Shown here piece after piece: positions 27,627 to 42,000 of a DNA stretch of 64,000 bases (its first letter is position 1; each line of letters starts with the position of its first letter). The translations under genes were made by a program, and so were the position numbers. This DNA is from Balanoglossus misakiensis (lineage: Eukaryota > Animalia > Hemichordata). The DNA lies in assembly GCA_040954595.2 (NCBI GenBank), contig CM082587.2, positions 10,917,403-10,981,402 on the forward strand, given 5' to 3'. The notes below the pieces were generated by a model. The model was not told where the DNA came from and ran no database searches. It worked only from the letters and a program-made list of their open reading frames with translations.

Positions 27627-28075
27627 CACAGGGGGCTGCAAACATGAAAGTTATAAATGGCGAAGTACGTTCCATTCTGCGTTTTCCCAACCTGTCTTAT
27701 CATTTGCTAATCCAGAATAAAAGCTATCCATTTCCCATTAATCACCTGCTAACGACTTAATCTGTGTGCCCCATCCACGGATTAAGTTAATAAAGTAAAC
27801 ATCGGTCAGCGAGTACTGGGTATTCTCTTACCAAGTGAGAACTGACCGATGTTTACTTAATCCACTAAATCCGTGGATGGGGCACACAGATTAAGTCGTT
27901 AGCAGGTGCTTAATGGGAAATGCAATAGCTTGTATTCTGGATTAGCAACTGCTAAGACAGGTGGAGGTAACACAGAAAAATAAACAAGCACAAAGACTGT
28001 TCATCAATTAATGTTTATTGGGGGAAAATGCAGGAACTCCGCCATTTATAACTTTCATGTTTGCAGCCCCCTGTG
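27627..28075. mobile_element. Intact palindromic MITE (449 bp), possibly P-element-like
   Basis: CACAGGGGGC...GCCCCCTGTG termini, near end-to-end self-complementarity, CTAGTAC/CGAGTAC flanks. Confidence 0.85.
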
Positions 28076-28136
28076 CGAGTACTACCACTTAGCAGTGGTT
28101 CAAGATGATCCTGTTGAAATTGTAAGTTTTTCTCTT

Positions 28137-28764
28137 ATTTCTTTTTTGAACCTGGACCTGGTAATTAGCTTAGCTTGAGTAATATTGATTATTGGACCTG
28201 GTTTGATGTCTTATTATAACAACTACAGAAGAATCTCTGGACACAGTGAAATACACACCAGGGTTATGGTAATGACTGACAAATTGTCAGTTTAAAAAAG
28301 TAGACAAAGAACTCAGTTAAATATTATAATAAAAATATGCTTTTAATATAAGGAAAAGGTACAATTGATATACTTGTAATTAAAACATAAATATAATGAT
28401 GAAATTCTTCAACTGTTCTGTAGTTGCACCAGTATTTGTATAAGCTAAAAATTTCTTTTTTGAACCTGGACCTGGTAATTAGCTTAGCTTGAGTAATATT
28501 GATTATTGGACCTGGTTTGATGTCTTATTATAACAACTACAGAAGAATCTCTGGACACAGTGAAATACACACCAGGGTTATGGTAATGACTGACAAATTG
28601 TCAGTTTAAAAAAGTAGACAAAGAACTCAGTTAAATATTATAATAAAAATATGCTTTTAATATAAGGAAAAGGTACAATTGATATACTTGTAATTAAAAC
28701 ATAAATATAATGATGAAATTCTTCAACTGTTCTGTAGTTGCACCAGTATTTGTGTAAGCTAAAA
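28137..28764 (+). repeat. 314-bp local tandem duplication
   Basis: ATTTCTTTTTTGAACCTGGACC at 28137 and 28451; single copy in duplication copy 1 (~18738). Confidence 0.9.
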
Positions 28765-30028
28765 ATGTTGACTTCTGGCAGGACAACAAAATCAGATATT
28801 AAACTTATTTATAGTACTTCCACTTCATGACTTTGTTCAAAAATTTCCCAAACTTATTTCATTGTTGATGAGTTGTCACCTCCGAACAACACAAAAAGGA
28901 ACAGTTTGTATAAAAAAGTAATTTTGCATGAATCTTAAACATACATGCACAAGTTGAGTAAATAACACAATATAATCATATTCTACAATGAATTACAATA
29001 TCAAGATTAAGGGTTTCACATATGACATTACATTGCTACATTTTATATACATGAATTTAATTTGAAAAATTTCCATTGATCTATAACACCATGAATAATA
29101 TAAAAATATGCGAATAAATACTTTGAATTATTATATATACATGTCAGGTCTCAAAGTGAGTAACTATATTTTCATTCACCTATGAACTGGTTATTAACCA
29201 AATGAAATGATAGGATCTTTTATTTTGAGGATCTTATAATTGTGATCATACACATCCATATTCCAAAATTCGCATGCCAAACAAATATCAGATTTATACG
29301 GCCAGTTGTAAAGACAGTACAAGGGGCAAAAAAATTGATAATAGTTAATCATCATCTCCCTTCTTTTACAGTCTTGGAGAATGGTGACAGTTGAAGTCAA
29401 ATTAAAGAAAAATATCAAGAAAAATATCAAAATTTGAAGCACTAATTCAGGAGGATATATATCATCGGGAGGTAGTCACTGAATATATTGAGAGAAATAA
29501 TTCATAATCTATGCATTTGGATGAAAAGACCTTCTATCTGATCAAGTTAAGGATAAATGCTGCCTTGTATGAATACAGAAGCAAGTCAGCATGCAAAGGG
29601 AGAGCTGAATTGGTACACTGTTAAATTTGTCCTCCAAATTCAACACAAATATGTTGTTGTTTAGGAATTCACGTATTATCATATCTTTCTCATTACACAA
29701 TACCTTATAATAAGTCATAACAAATTTTTAAGGAAAATTCTTTAAAATATGTAAAATATATAGCCTTATAACCAACATACTTTAAAGATGATTATTTATG
29801 ATCATTTCATTCAGATGTTGCTAAGAGTGTAATAATAAAGATCTGTTTCACTCCAACCAATTTAATGTGCGCTTATCACAGTACTGTCGTCTGACAAAGC
29901 ATAACTATTATTGTTATCATTTATGGGATTATACCAAGCTTATCACAGTACTGTGTCAACTCACAAAATGAAAACCATTCTAGTTATCATTTGAATTATA
30001 CCATACATGTACACACAGAGATGGCACA

Positions 30029-33000
30029 TTAGAAGTATCTGTCTCCGTGACTCTCATGAAATAGTTCATTTCTACTCTTAAGAGGCCTTGGTCTCCATTC
30101 CTCACTTCCACTGGCACTACCACTGTCGCCACTATACATGGGATTGTAGTGATAGATTTCTCTGAAGGCTTCCTCATCTTCCACACTTTCCCCTGCCTTG
30201 CTATCAACATCATCTGTATCATCAAACCAATGGATATCCATAGTTGCCTCTTGTTCTTCCCAGCCTGGATGTTTCTTTCCTCCAAGAGCACACCTGAATG
30301 TCAAATAGTTGAACATCATCAATGTGGGATTTGTTGTGATGTGGTTACTACTGTAGAATAACGCAGGTGGTTGTTGGACACTTTGCGGTCTGGTCGCGTG
30401 ACTTTGCCTTGTTAGCCGCCATGCATGTTGAACGCAAATTATACCATGATGCACTGCAGTTACCCTATACGCGAATAGGTCTATGCATGAACTCTTTGAA
30501 TAAATTTGCTTCCACGATACAGATGTGATTATTTTTCACGTTGCCTCATGCATGTATGGAAAGATACAGGTAAATTCCCAGTTTTCTGATGGGCAACATT
30601 TCTACAGCTGTCTCGATTCTACTCTGGTAGTACTAAATAACTTACCGTTGGTACATGAGTAACATTATTACACCAAGCACTAACACAGCCGCTAAACCTC
30701 CCGCAACACCACCAATGATGACAGCTGTGTCAACGGAGGAATCTGTAAGAGTTTAAATATTTCTATTTGTCACGGGGGCGATATGCTATGATAAAAGCAA
30801 GAAAACCATTCATTATGATGCTTAACTATTGTAAAATGGTTAGTTGACCAAAAATCTAGTTATACTGCAGATGTTGCAGTTTCACCATTTTCACAAATAT
30901 TTTCAAGACAACGTAAACTGTAATCATGTAGATCAAACAAATGTGTAAACTTTAGTGAATATTGTATTTTATTCTTGAGTTATTTAAAGACAAAGAAATG
31001 TATACACACCTTTAACTTGCATTGGTATTCTCTGGCGGCAAGTTTCACCTTGATATTCATCAGTACATTTACAAACAGGATTGCCATCACTGTCCTTGAT
31101 GCAAACAGCATTGTTTGAGCAGAACCCTTCACATTTGTCTAGACACAAGAATAAAATCACATCACATTATTCTACCTGACGAACCATTTGTATTAGACAA
31201 GAACTAAACCCACTTGTAGATTGATTTCTTACAAACGGAATGGAAGTTGTGTGCTGTCGAACGTTGATTCACTATATATCCACATGTACCGGGTGAATAA
31301 CAAAACAGTGTCTTGTATCAAACATAATTAATGGAAAAAGGGCAGCAAGAGAGATACTTTGTCCCTTTAATAGCATAAAATCAACAGTAGTGTCTACGTT
31401 TTAGCTGTACATATTTCTGTTGACATTTCAGTTGTAGATAGTTACATACCTGTACAAGTTATTCCATCACCAGTGAAACCAGTTTTGCAAGTGCATTCAT
31501 ATCCTGGTACAAGATTCCTGCAAGTGGCATTTGGGTGACAGTCATCCAGACCAAGACGACATTCATGTGCATCTAGAAAACAAAAATTCTTGCAATGTCT
31601 TTAACTGACCACCAAATAAAACTATGGGATCTTCATACATATCACCAGTTAAAGGTATACGGTCACCTATGGAAAATTAGCTATAGTTACCATGGCAAAA
31701 GGAGATCTAGCCAATCACAGATTTTCAGTGGGTGGCACATGCAAAAAGGAGCGCCACCATATGTTCTTTAGAACTCTCATATACTCCATTTCAGCCATAT
31801 ATGGGCATTTGTAAATTGGAGGTGACTGTATACCTTTAAGTTAGATGACTACCCAGATGCAGTGCATGGTTATCACATTCCATAGCCTAACATGTAGAAT
31901 TCTGAGAAAACAGTATTACAATATTGTTATTTCCGTGAAATTTTCAGAAAAGGTGTTAAAAGAGGAGCATTATTAAATTATATAAAAATATTGGATCACA
32001 CAACATATCAAATGATACTCTAAATAAAGAAGAAAAGTTCTTATAATGAAGTGTTTGTGTCAGATTGAACAGTTAAGGTTGATCTCCACAAGCACTTAAT
32101 GCATGTTATCAGTTCTATGATTATGAAAAATTATTCCTACCATCACATTCTGTTTCATATAGGGCACCCTCTCTGCCTGTAGTGTAGCCAGTTGGGCATG
32201 GTTGACAAGCATCCTGGTTGAATTCAAAGTTATATGTTCCATCAGGGCATTTCTCACATCTATAGGACTCCTGATTCAAGTACCAACCAACATTGCAGTA
32301 AGCTGTTGATGGAATGGAAAAAGAGCATAGAATAAAATTGGAGGACTATCATTATTCTGAACAACTGAGGCACAATAATACAACCTTCAGTTCAGTACAG
32401 TTGAGATACAACATGAAAAGTTGTATACATAATACTTACGAACATTACAATCTTCACTTAAGGTTGAACCGACTGTTCTTGTGGTGAAGCCAAATGGGCA
32501 CGGCATACAAGATGGCTGAAGTTCAGCATTTGATCGATAGGTTCCCATGGGACACGACTCACAAGACCCATTGACACTAAGTTGGACTCCCACTGATTTA
32601 CATACCTCTGGAATTGAGAAGATTAATTTTTTGATATTCACGATTATCTGCTTTTCACTCACGTGAATTTGTTAAACTGTTGAATATGTTACATATCTGG
32701 CGGTTCTAAAGTAAAAACCTACTCGGAAAAAAGTTTACTGGATGCCGAAATATTGCTTGCCTGTCACTAACAAATGATAACGCCATGGGTACGTCACATG
32801 GCCAGATCATGTGATTGATAGTCAAGAATAGCAAATAACACAAGTACCTACCCTGACATTGTGACTCATCAGTAGCTCCTTCAACTAATGTAAGCATTCC
32901 CTTTGGGCAAGTATTACACACAAACTTTCCTTCTTCTGATTGCCAGAATCCAATGGGGCAGCTTTGGCACTGAGAAGTCCCGTTGTCAAAGTAGTGACCA

Positions 33001-36000
33001 ACATCGCACCTCTCTGCAATAGACATCATTGTTGAAAAATTATTTTTTCAACCAAAGAGATGAACATTCCAATTGTCATTCTGTCCATATTGGATCACAC
33101 CACAATAATTTGATATATACGTCACAATTCCCGGCAAGGGGTATGGGGTTTTATCGGGCCAGTGGCATGAGTGAGGCTAGATGCTAGTTTTGGAAGCAAA
33201 GCGGACAAAATACGGCTAGATACTAGGCTATGGCTGTGGACGAGGAGGAGATATTGCCTTCTGTTATACATACCAAAACACTGCAAGATGGATAATGATC
33301 TCTTTCCCCTGGTGACTCCATTATTAGGGGACCAAGCGCCCTCAGGCGCTTGGTCCCCTTCTGTTATTGCTGGAGTTTTTCTTCTTTCTTCTTGAGTCGT
33401 TTTTTTGCTCCCGTTTTTCTCTGAAATTCCGGCACCTGCGCCTATGAAGTTTGGCACGATGATTGGGGCCCATGAGTACTAGTGCACCTGCCCTTTGAAT
33501 TTGTAATTAGTCACGTGACTTGGTGGCTATAATCGAGCGAAATTTTCAAATTGACCTAATTTGCACGTTAATGGGGGAATGTACATTCTTTTCGCGATTT
33601 TTGTAGACCATGTGGCCAAAATCCCTTGTGCCAAATTTCAAGGTCCTAGGCTACGTCGATTTTGAGAAGAAGATTTTTGTAATATTTTTCGCATTTTTGG
33701 TGGGCTGAGGACGGACACTGGGGCATCGGACTTTGACCGTCATTACGTAATGTTGTGGAGATCTCATTAGCAGGCTACTCACTTCTGGCGGGTTGCCGTA
33801 GTCCTTGGAAAATCGGCTGAAATACGTAAACAGACCAGTGATTATTTTCCACGGAATGAATTTTGGGATAACACATTATCCGAGTTCAGGCTGTGTTAGG
33901 GCGTTTTATTGAATTACGCTGAGTTTGTTAGCTGTTGCCGTTCAAATGTTTCTATCTAGACCTGGCTACACTGGTGAGGTATTTAAGGGTGTCGAAAAGA
34001 CAAGAGTGAGGGGCCAAAGTGCGGGACACGCACAGTGCAATAAATGGCACTCTGCGGGAATTCACGCACAATGCAATATATTCGACTCTGCGGGACTCTT
34101 GGCGCCCTCAACGATATGAAATGAAACGTTTAAATAGCGTTACGTCATGCATATAGTTTGGCAGTACTTCGTTATTATAGATTACATTTCAATAGAGAAT
34201 GGATCGCAAACAACGTCGTCGATTTTTTGAATCCCATCCATCGAATGTGCGAAGAAAGAAGCGGCCACACCAGGAGATCGCTAAAAGCGTAAAGCGCCAA
34301 CGTTTTGAGTAAGTATATATTAGAGTTGCACTGTTTGTAACACATAGCGTGCAGTATCATGTGATCGTGAAGGAGACAAAGGCCGGTATTAATTTGCCCT
34401 TTTCAGGTACGAAAGTCGCTCATTAAATGTCGGACAACAGGCGTTGATAGGTGTCATTAATTTAATTCTTTTAATAGTTTGATTGATTTATCCCGGCGGG
34501 GTGATCGTGTCCTCCCTTCTCTCTCAGGGCAAAACTGTATTAACCGCCATCTTGAAAACCGCATTGCATTGTGGGACGACTGGGGGGAAGTACCTGAAGA
34601 CCTGTGTTTTCAGCAACTACTATTTTATTTCAAACCAAAAAAATCCTGCCAATGAATACTCTGTAAGGGTAATCAGTCATAGCAGGGGAATTGATCTCTG
34701 GCACTCGATCACCAAGACTGGAGACCATAGACTGGAGTTAGGCCTTCTAACTAGGGTTTTAGTTTTATTTTTAACAAAGAAAAGCACAAAAAAATGTGAT
34801 ATCAGGATTTAATAGAAGTTGTACACAAACATTTATGTGTTATAAAAATTGAGTCCCAAATTTCAAATCAATCAGAGAAAAAAATGATTTAAGACCAAAA
34901 ACGGCCAAAATTGCCCCAAGAACACAAATATGGAAATTTCACTGATTTTTACAACAGCTTACTTTGGTTATGTATCCCTACTTTAAATTTGGCATGTTAT
35001 CAGCAAACACCTGATAGGAAGCCAGGTTTATGGGGGACTTATCTGCCTTGTGTGTACATTACTTGAGATAAAAATGGGGGGGGGGGGAGGTTAGCTGCTG
35101 GTAATGTAATGGTTTGTATATCATTTTAGTCAAATATCAATTTCTCTAGCACTGCCTCTCTAAAATTGCCATCACACATGACACTTTATTGGCCTATTGT
35201 TAATTTCTTTTTACATTTCTGTGTTTAAATATGGTTAGGTCAGATCTGCTTTTTTAATTAGTATCATATGTGTTGAGTACAATGAAAATTTATTTAGTTA
35301 TTGATATGCTCTTTCAAAACAATAGATACTTTTTTAGAGGAATCAGTGAACATAAATGTTTATATGTGACCAAGTTTTGTTTGTTTCTCTTCAGAATATC
35401 TTCAGTAGTTGGTACAATTGGCAATAACGCAAGGGAAGAATACCTGCATCAGTTACAAGCCCAGAACAGAAAGTGGGAGCTATCATCTGGCAATACATAT
35501 GTATTGTCAGATTGTGAAATTGAGACTGGGCAGTTGATATCACAGCACGTTATTGTCAAACGTAACCTGCGATTTTACGGTGTGCAGAGTACGTCTCAGG
35601 AGTTCCTGTATACATGTTCATGTCAGGATGGGTTAATCCAAGCAGCCAGATTATCCTCATCTCAGCGTGGGATACCAGAAAACTTTGATGAGTTCATCAC
35701 AACTGAAAAAAATAAATACTGTCTTCATGCCTGGGCAGCAAGTGAACTTTTTCCTGATGTACCTGTTGAAGTGGACCCCAACTCTGCAGACACATCAGTC
35801 ATTGTTGATTGCCTGTCATTGAATCCGTTCCTGACTAGTGTTACCATAGGTGAAGACACACATATAATATCTCTGAGGAACAAACATGTTGGTAAAAAAC
35901 TTAGCTGTGAGACCTGCGCATATGGTAGAACCACATGTGACCATGTTGAAGAATACCGAATATGGTGTGGACAAAATGAGGTTGAGATTCAAGAAACTGA

Positions 36001-39000
36001 ACGCACTTTGAAAGAAAGTACTTTCCCAAGCGTGTCATTTAAGCCAATCTCATACCCTCTTGATGACTCTCTGAAGGTCAAGTTTCAACAACAACAAAGT
36101 GGAGAACAGCCTGTACAGCATAATCTAATTCCCGAGATACCAAGTGCTGGCCCCCATTCTACCTGTCAACATGGACATGCATGGGATGTTGATGACCCTG
36201 TACAACAACATTGGCTTGTTGGAGATGCCATTGTGTATTATGAGACACATTCACTTCAGCATGTTTATGTAGAAGGAGAGGAACAAACTATCAAGGGTAA
36301 GTTAACCTTATTTACTGTACCATTGGTTTAAGGTTGCATTGGATCACTGCCATTTTTCCATTAAAATGTTTGATTGATACAAGACACCGTGAATATTATT
36401 CTACATATGGCTATATAGTGAATCACCGTTCGACCACACGCAACTTCCATCCCACTTATCTAATGATCTCCTACATGTATTGGTAATTATATTAACATAG
36501 TCATTATTTTCCTTGCAGTGTACTATCGTCCAAGTGTTGGTCCATGTATGTGCAGGTTGCATTATGATGGGCATGGAGATTTGATGTTTAATCTGAACAA
36601 CAAGGACATTATTCACTACAGTTTATTACTCTCCTACCTTCATTTGATGGTAGAGTCCAGAAATCCGTTGGCATCTTTCCATAGGTAAGTACATATACTT
36701 TGTATTTCTAAAAATATAATCATTGACTAGGGAACTTATGTATTTGGTAGCTCAGCAAGGAAAGATCAATACTGAAATTACCCATTAATACTTGAACGAA
36801 GGGGTGGTAAGCAAAATTTTTGTCTAAATATTCTCTAGGGAAGGCTGTTACCCATATAGTCAGTCATCAAATTTCAAAAGTTCATTGTTGCTTTTACCAG
36901 TCCGATAATTGTTTAGACCTGTCACATGCTCAAGAGCGCCATTTTTCCCATGATATAATTTACAGGGTGATTAGGAAGCCCACCAAAAACACATTTCTTG
37001 ATGTACCAGGTTGTATTCTTTTCACCCCCACCCCCCATTAATTTGGGGGCTCTTATCAGAGAAGGTACAGTATAAAAATGTTACAACAGATAAACATTAT
37101 AAACTTTCTTTCACTCCTGGCAATCACCTGACATTAATCTTTCTTTCTGTTCTTAAATAGGGCCTACTCTGAAAAACATGCTATGTTATCAGAGTCTGTT
37201 TCTTTGAAATACCACAAACTTAGGAATGCCTGGAATGCATTTGCAAGGCTATTGGACATAAATTATGGCACTGTATACCAATGCCCTATATGTGAGCTGC
37301 AGCCTTCTGTTCTGATATGTGATGGTACGAGTGTAGGACTGAACAAACGCCTCTTGCAAGAACTTCCAGACCCAGAGAGGGCATCACGTGACCAAGGCCA
37401 GCCTTTGGATATTGGTACACGTCACTGTGACCGAGTGTATATACCAAATGCCAAGGTCAGGAAACTGTTATTACAGTTTTGTAGTACCAACAAGCCAGCT
37501 GAGAAACCACTTACACCCCTTGAGTACACAGTGATGATTAATTTGATGAGAAAGTAGTCACCTCCATTCGCTTATGGAATTTCTCCAACTCGTCAGTGGA
37601 CACGGAAGAAATCTGCTAGCCCCAAAGGAGTTCTGCCAATTTCTTCAAGATTTGTCAAAAAACTCGCCTGCAAGTGCTCTTCTGCAATTGACCCCAGATT
37701 CACAGGCTAAACATGTCATCAAGAAAATAATACACGGACTCGATATATTTGACAGCAGACATCAAGGGGAACTTGAAATTGTACAGCAAGATGCTCCTCT
37801 TATTTTCAAATTGCTGTCACATTTCGGGCACAATCCTCATGGTATCCCAAGAGAAGTGCGTCGCCTTCTTAGAGATGTGTTGTTACGAGTGAGGAGCTCA
37901 TACAAAGTATGTAACCAGGGACCTGATAGTACTGTGCAATATCCAGATCCAATAGAAGACCCTGTAGCTTGCTTCCCTTGCCTACCAAAGCTTCATGGGT
38001 AAGGATATCTCACTGTAACTTGAAAGTTAATTGAAGTCTGTCTTAAGCCTCTAGAGCTGCCACTTTTTGCATTATTTTCATTACTTTTGTGAATTTTCAT
38101 TTCCCACTTAGACATACCTTTCTGTATACATGTTTATATGTATTCAAAATGGAAGTTTATGTACCCATGTGCTATGCATGCCATTGCCATTCTCTTAGTT
38201 ATCATGCTTTCACTTTTCATTTAATAGGAAACCTCTCTACCGGCAAGACAAAGACAGACTTGCACATGGTGATGACACTTGCCAAAAGATCTCCAACAAA
38301 CACCCTACGTTATCACCTGGCATTTTCACTGTGTTCTGTCAACATGGGTTCTGCTATGGCTTCCAGGCTATGAGGCAAGTGGAGTCACCCGAAGTGCCAT
38401 TCAACATTATGACAACAAGACTAAGACAACCTCCAGCCATTGTCATATATGACAATGCATGTCGGCTGCATCAGTACTGTTTAAATCGGTAAGTCTTATT
38501 TCAACCTTGATATACTGTTTTGTATGTTAATGTGATTACCACACTTCTGTTAAACTTAAGAGAAGGGTGGCTAAGCTTTATTTTATGCTCAATTATGCTT
38601 GCCCACCCTTGCCTTTAACTCAATTTTTTTTGCGATATGATCCAAGATGGTGGTCTGGCAGCCACTTTGTTACAATTTTTTCATATTGAGATGTCAGCTT
38701 GTCATATGGTTAATTTTGTGTTTTACCCCCCCCCCCCCCCAAAAAAAAAAAATCAAGAATTTGATGAATTGACGTTGCTTACTCCTTTCAGCAAGAATAT
38801 AAAGATTAGAACTAATGAAGTGATTTTTTGTCTTTCTTCAGAGAACCAAACTATTTCATGAAGACAGTTTTCTTAGTGGATCGTCTCCATTGGAAAAACC
38901 ACATTGGGTGAGTATCAGATTAAAAAGCTCAAAAGAATATTTTTCAAATCATCTATGTTTGGCAATTGCAGAGCTTAGTTGACTGGAACAGCTAAGAAGT

Positions 39001-42000
39001 ATACGACCAGTTAACCACATCATATTTGGAGTCAGTTAGGAGGTAGGAGACAGGGAAAGGATTTTGCTCTGATAAAATCAAATTTCACAATGGCAATCAC
39101 CGATTGGTCAATTCTATTATTCCACTCAGAGACATAACCCGGACTGGTGACATAAACAGGTTTGCTCAAATTACAACTTCTGACTGGCTCATAAGCTCTG
39201 TTAATCAGGTATCTGAAATGTATTCAGGGCATGTGTGTCAATTTTCTAAGGAACGATATCAATTTGTCTGAAAAAAATTGTTTATGTTTTATACTGTTAA
39301 AATTTTCACAGAAGAATCTTCTTTTATATTTTACTGATCAGTTGTTCATCAGGTTATAGCCTGCAACAGTACAAGGACAACAGAAGTTTGGCCAACATAA
39401 ATACCCAGATCTGTGAGCAGAGCAATGCAGCATTACAGAAAATTAAGGCACAAGTATCTTATATGACCCCAGATAATTTCATCTTCCATGTCAGACTGTT
39501 CCTTGCAATCTGGAATCAAAAGAAGAAAAGTCACCTGAACTACTTGTAGTTCAAGGTTTTAAAATAGATAAGTTTGTTTTTCCGATTTTTCTATTTAATT
39601 GAACAGAAAGCAATGACTGATATAAAGTATAAGGTCTTTTGTTTGTTCTGAAAACCGCACTTTAACTGTCTAGCTCGGACATTTTTTCAAATGAGTTATA
39701 GCTGAAACCATCTGGATTTATATTGATTTAGGACCATTCTTGCTTTCATTGTGGTCAACTTACATTACACAGAATACTATTAATTAATTCTCTGACTGTT
39801 TCAGTTGATTGTGTGACTGCAGCATTAGACACTTCAAGAAAACAAAAACTATATTTTTCCAGATTTATGAACGGTAGACCATCATCACAGTCACTCCCCA
39901 TGACTGCCGTCATATAAAGTCTGTCTGTTATTTTGTTTCAGTTTTTGAGAAGTACTGACAAACTGTCCATAATGAAGAGGGCAAATCCATGGATGATGTG
40001 TTACACGAGGTAACAAGATGACCCATATTCCCAAAGACATGAGATGCTTGGAATCATGCGATTTTATAACTGTGCTGATGAAAACGGTAAAAGATAACTT
40101 TAACATGATGCTTTATCATCTGTATCAGTAAAATTCTTGCTGCATGGTTTTACATTGCTGCTGTGCTGACAAAACAAAACAAGATGCATAAGAGAAAGTG
40201 GTGTTTTACAGTTTATTGTATTTGTTACTGACGTGTCGAATTTCCATTTTGTTATCAGAATGAGAATGTAGACCAGCCATATACATCTATGGGGAGATGG
40301 AATGTATAGGAGGTGTGTTCGCAGGGTACTAAAGAAGAAATTCAGTCATCAGAGGACAACTATGGAGGTGTTTTCATGGAAGTTTTTTAGCGTCTCAGAG
40401 ACGTATGCTCTGCATACACATACCAAACGGCCCTTCTCAGGGCCACCACATCCTTAAAAAAGAGAACTACCGTACACCGATAAACTTGTTAATAAAGAAG
40501 AAATGCACAAATCATTACACAGGCACACATGTATATAAAATTGAATAAAGAAGTACACCACACACCCGAGGTGGACTTTAGTGTTATTTTAATATACCGT
40601 TCATATTTGTCAAAAACAATCACTACTCAAAGATAACTGTCAAAAACAGCGTCAAGGACACTGGTCCCATTTAGGGATTAATCAAGAAAAAGTCTACACT
40701 GAAGTACATAGACAGACAGACACACACACACATAGAGAGAGATCAATGGGCAAACACTGACCCATAAGCTGCTAATGGCACGTGTACTGTACATACACCA
40801 AATAGAACAGCCAAATTCCGAAATACCTACGATTTGATTCCATTACAATTTTAAAGAACCCCATCCCATTAACTCACAACTTAAATTCTAAAGTACATTT
40901 GTAATCAGCCCAACACTTTGAGAAATATAGTTTTTTCAAATCAAAATTGGAAAGTATGCACCATAAATACAAGATATTGCCCCCACAAAATATTGACACT
41001 TTCATCATAGATTTTGTAAATCATTATGAGAACACACCTGGTAACCTGCAAATCAAATTTAAAAGCAATGGGGGTAGAGGGTTCTGAGAGTTTGGACCAA
41101 AAATGGCAAAAATCACCCCAAAATATACTATTGAATTCTTACCATGATTCAAAAAAAAAAAAAAATGAAAAACCTCTACACACCCTCAAATGATTTTTGT
41201 TATGAATTTGAAAAGTTTTTTTGTAAAAGAAGATTTTGGGAAAAAGATAAAAAATTCACCAAAATTAGTCATTTTATGATATCACCACAAAAAAATCTAT
41301 ATGATGTCTCAATAAAGTACACACCACTTTGCAAAGCAATCTGACCAATAATTAAGTTGCCGAGTTTTGACCAAATTCCCATTTTCCCAGCTAAAAAGAC
41401 AAAATCCCGCAGAATACAACAGATTGATAACTGCGTTTTGAAATGTACATTAATTAACACAGAAAGACAAGAATGGGAAAAAGAGTTAAAAGACAATGAA
41501 AATATCAACTCATAAGTTGAGTTTTTGACAAATTAAGCCCAAAACTTGTTCTGCATGATCGATTTGCAGGTTCTTGAACTGTTTTATGTGCTGGTGCATG
41601 AACTGGAGAACCACATTCACACTAACTTCTGATGCTTCAAATGCAGTTAATAATCTGTTGTACTCAGTGGGATTTTGTCTTTTTAGGGCCACTAGATGGA
41701 ATGGGTTTGTCCGACGCTTTTTTTTTGGAATTGGGCAACTGAGCACCAGGTCAAGAAGGTCCCCTGATTTCTTCATTTGGTGGAGTTTCTTCAGGGTTGC
41801 CAGCTCTTGTTGCAGTTCTTCATCATCTTGAACTTTTCTGGTCTTCCTTCCTGACCGTTGACTGCGGCGTGGTGGTAGTGATGCTGGTTGTTGGGTTTGT
41901 GCTGCTGGTGGTGATTCTGGCTGTTGGATTTGTGCTGCTGGTGGTGATTCTGGCTGTTGGATTTGTGCTGCTGGTGGTGATTCTGGCTGTTGGATTTGTG

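Larger units (their letters stand above)
19727..29450 (+). repeat. Tandem segmental duplication, copy 2
   Basis: Starts GATGGATCTGTTG (=7962) directly after TTCAG; unique sequence resumes ~29453. Confidence 0.92.

Noticed and set aside
31245-31365. Conserved intronic regulatory element (similar to ~58317-58430)
   Set aside because: Two diverged copies in introns are more simply a dispersed repeat fragment; no functional evidence from sequence.
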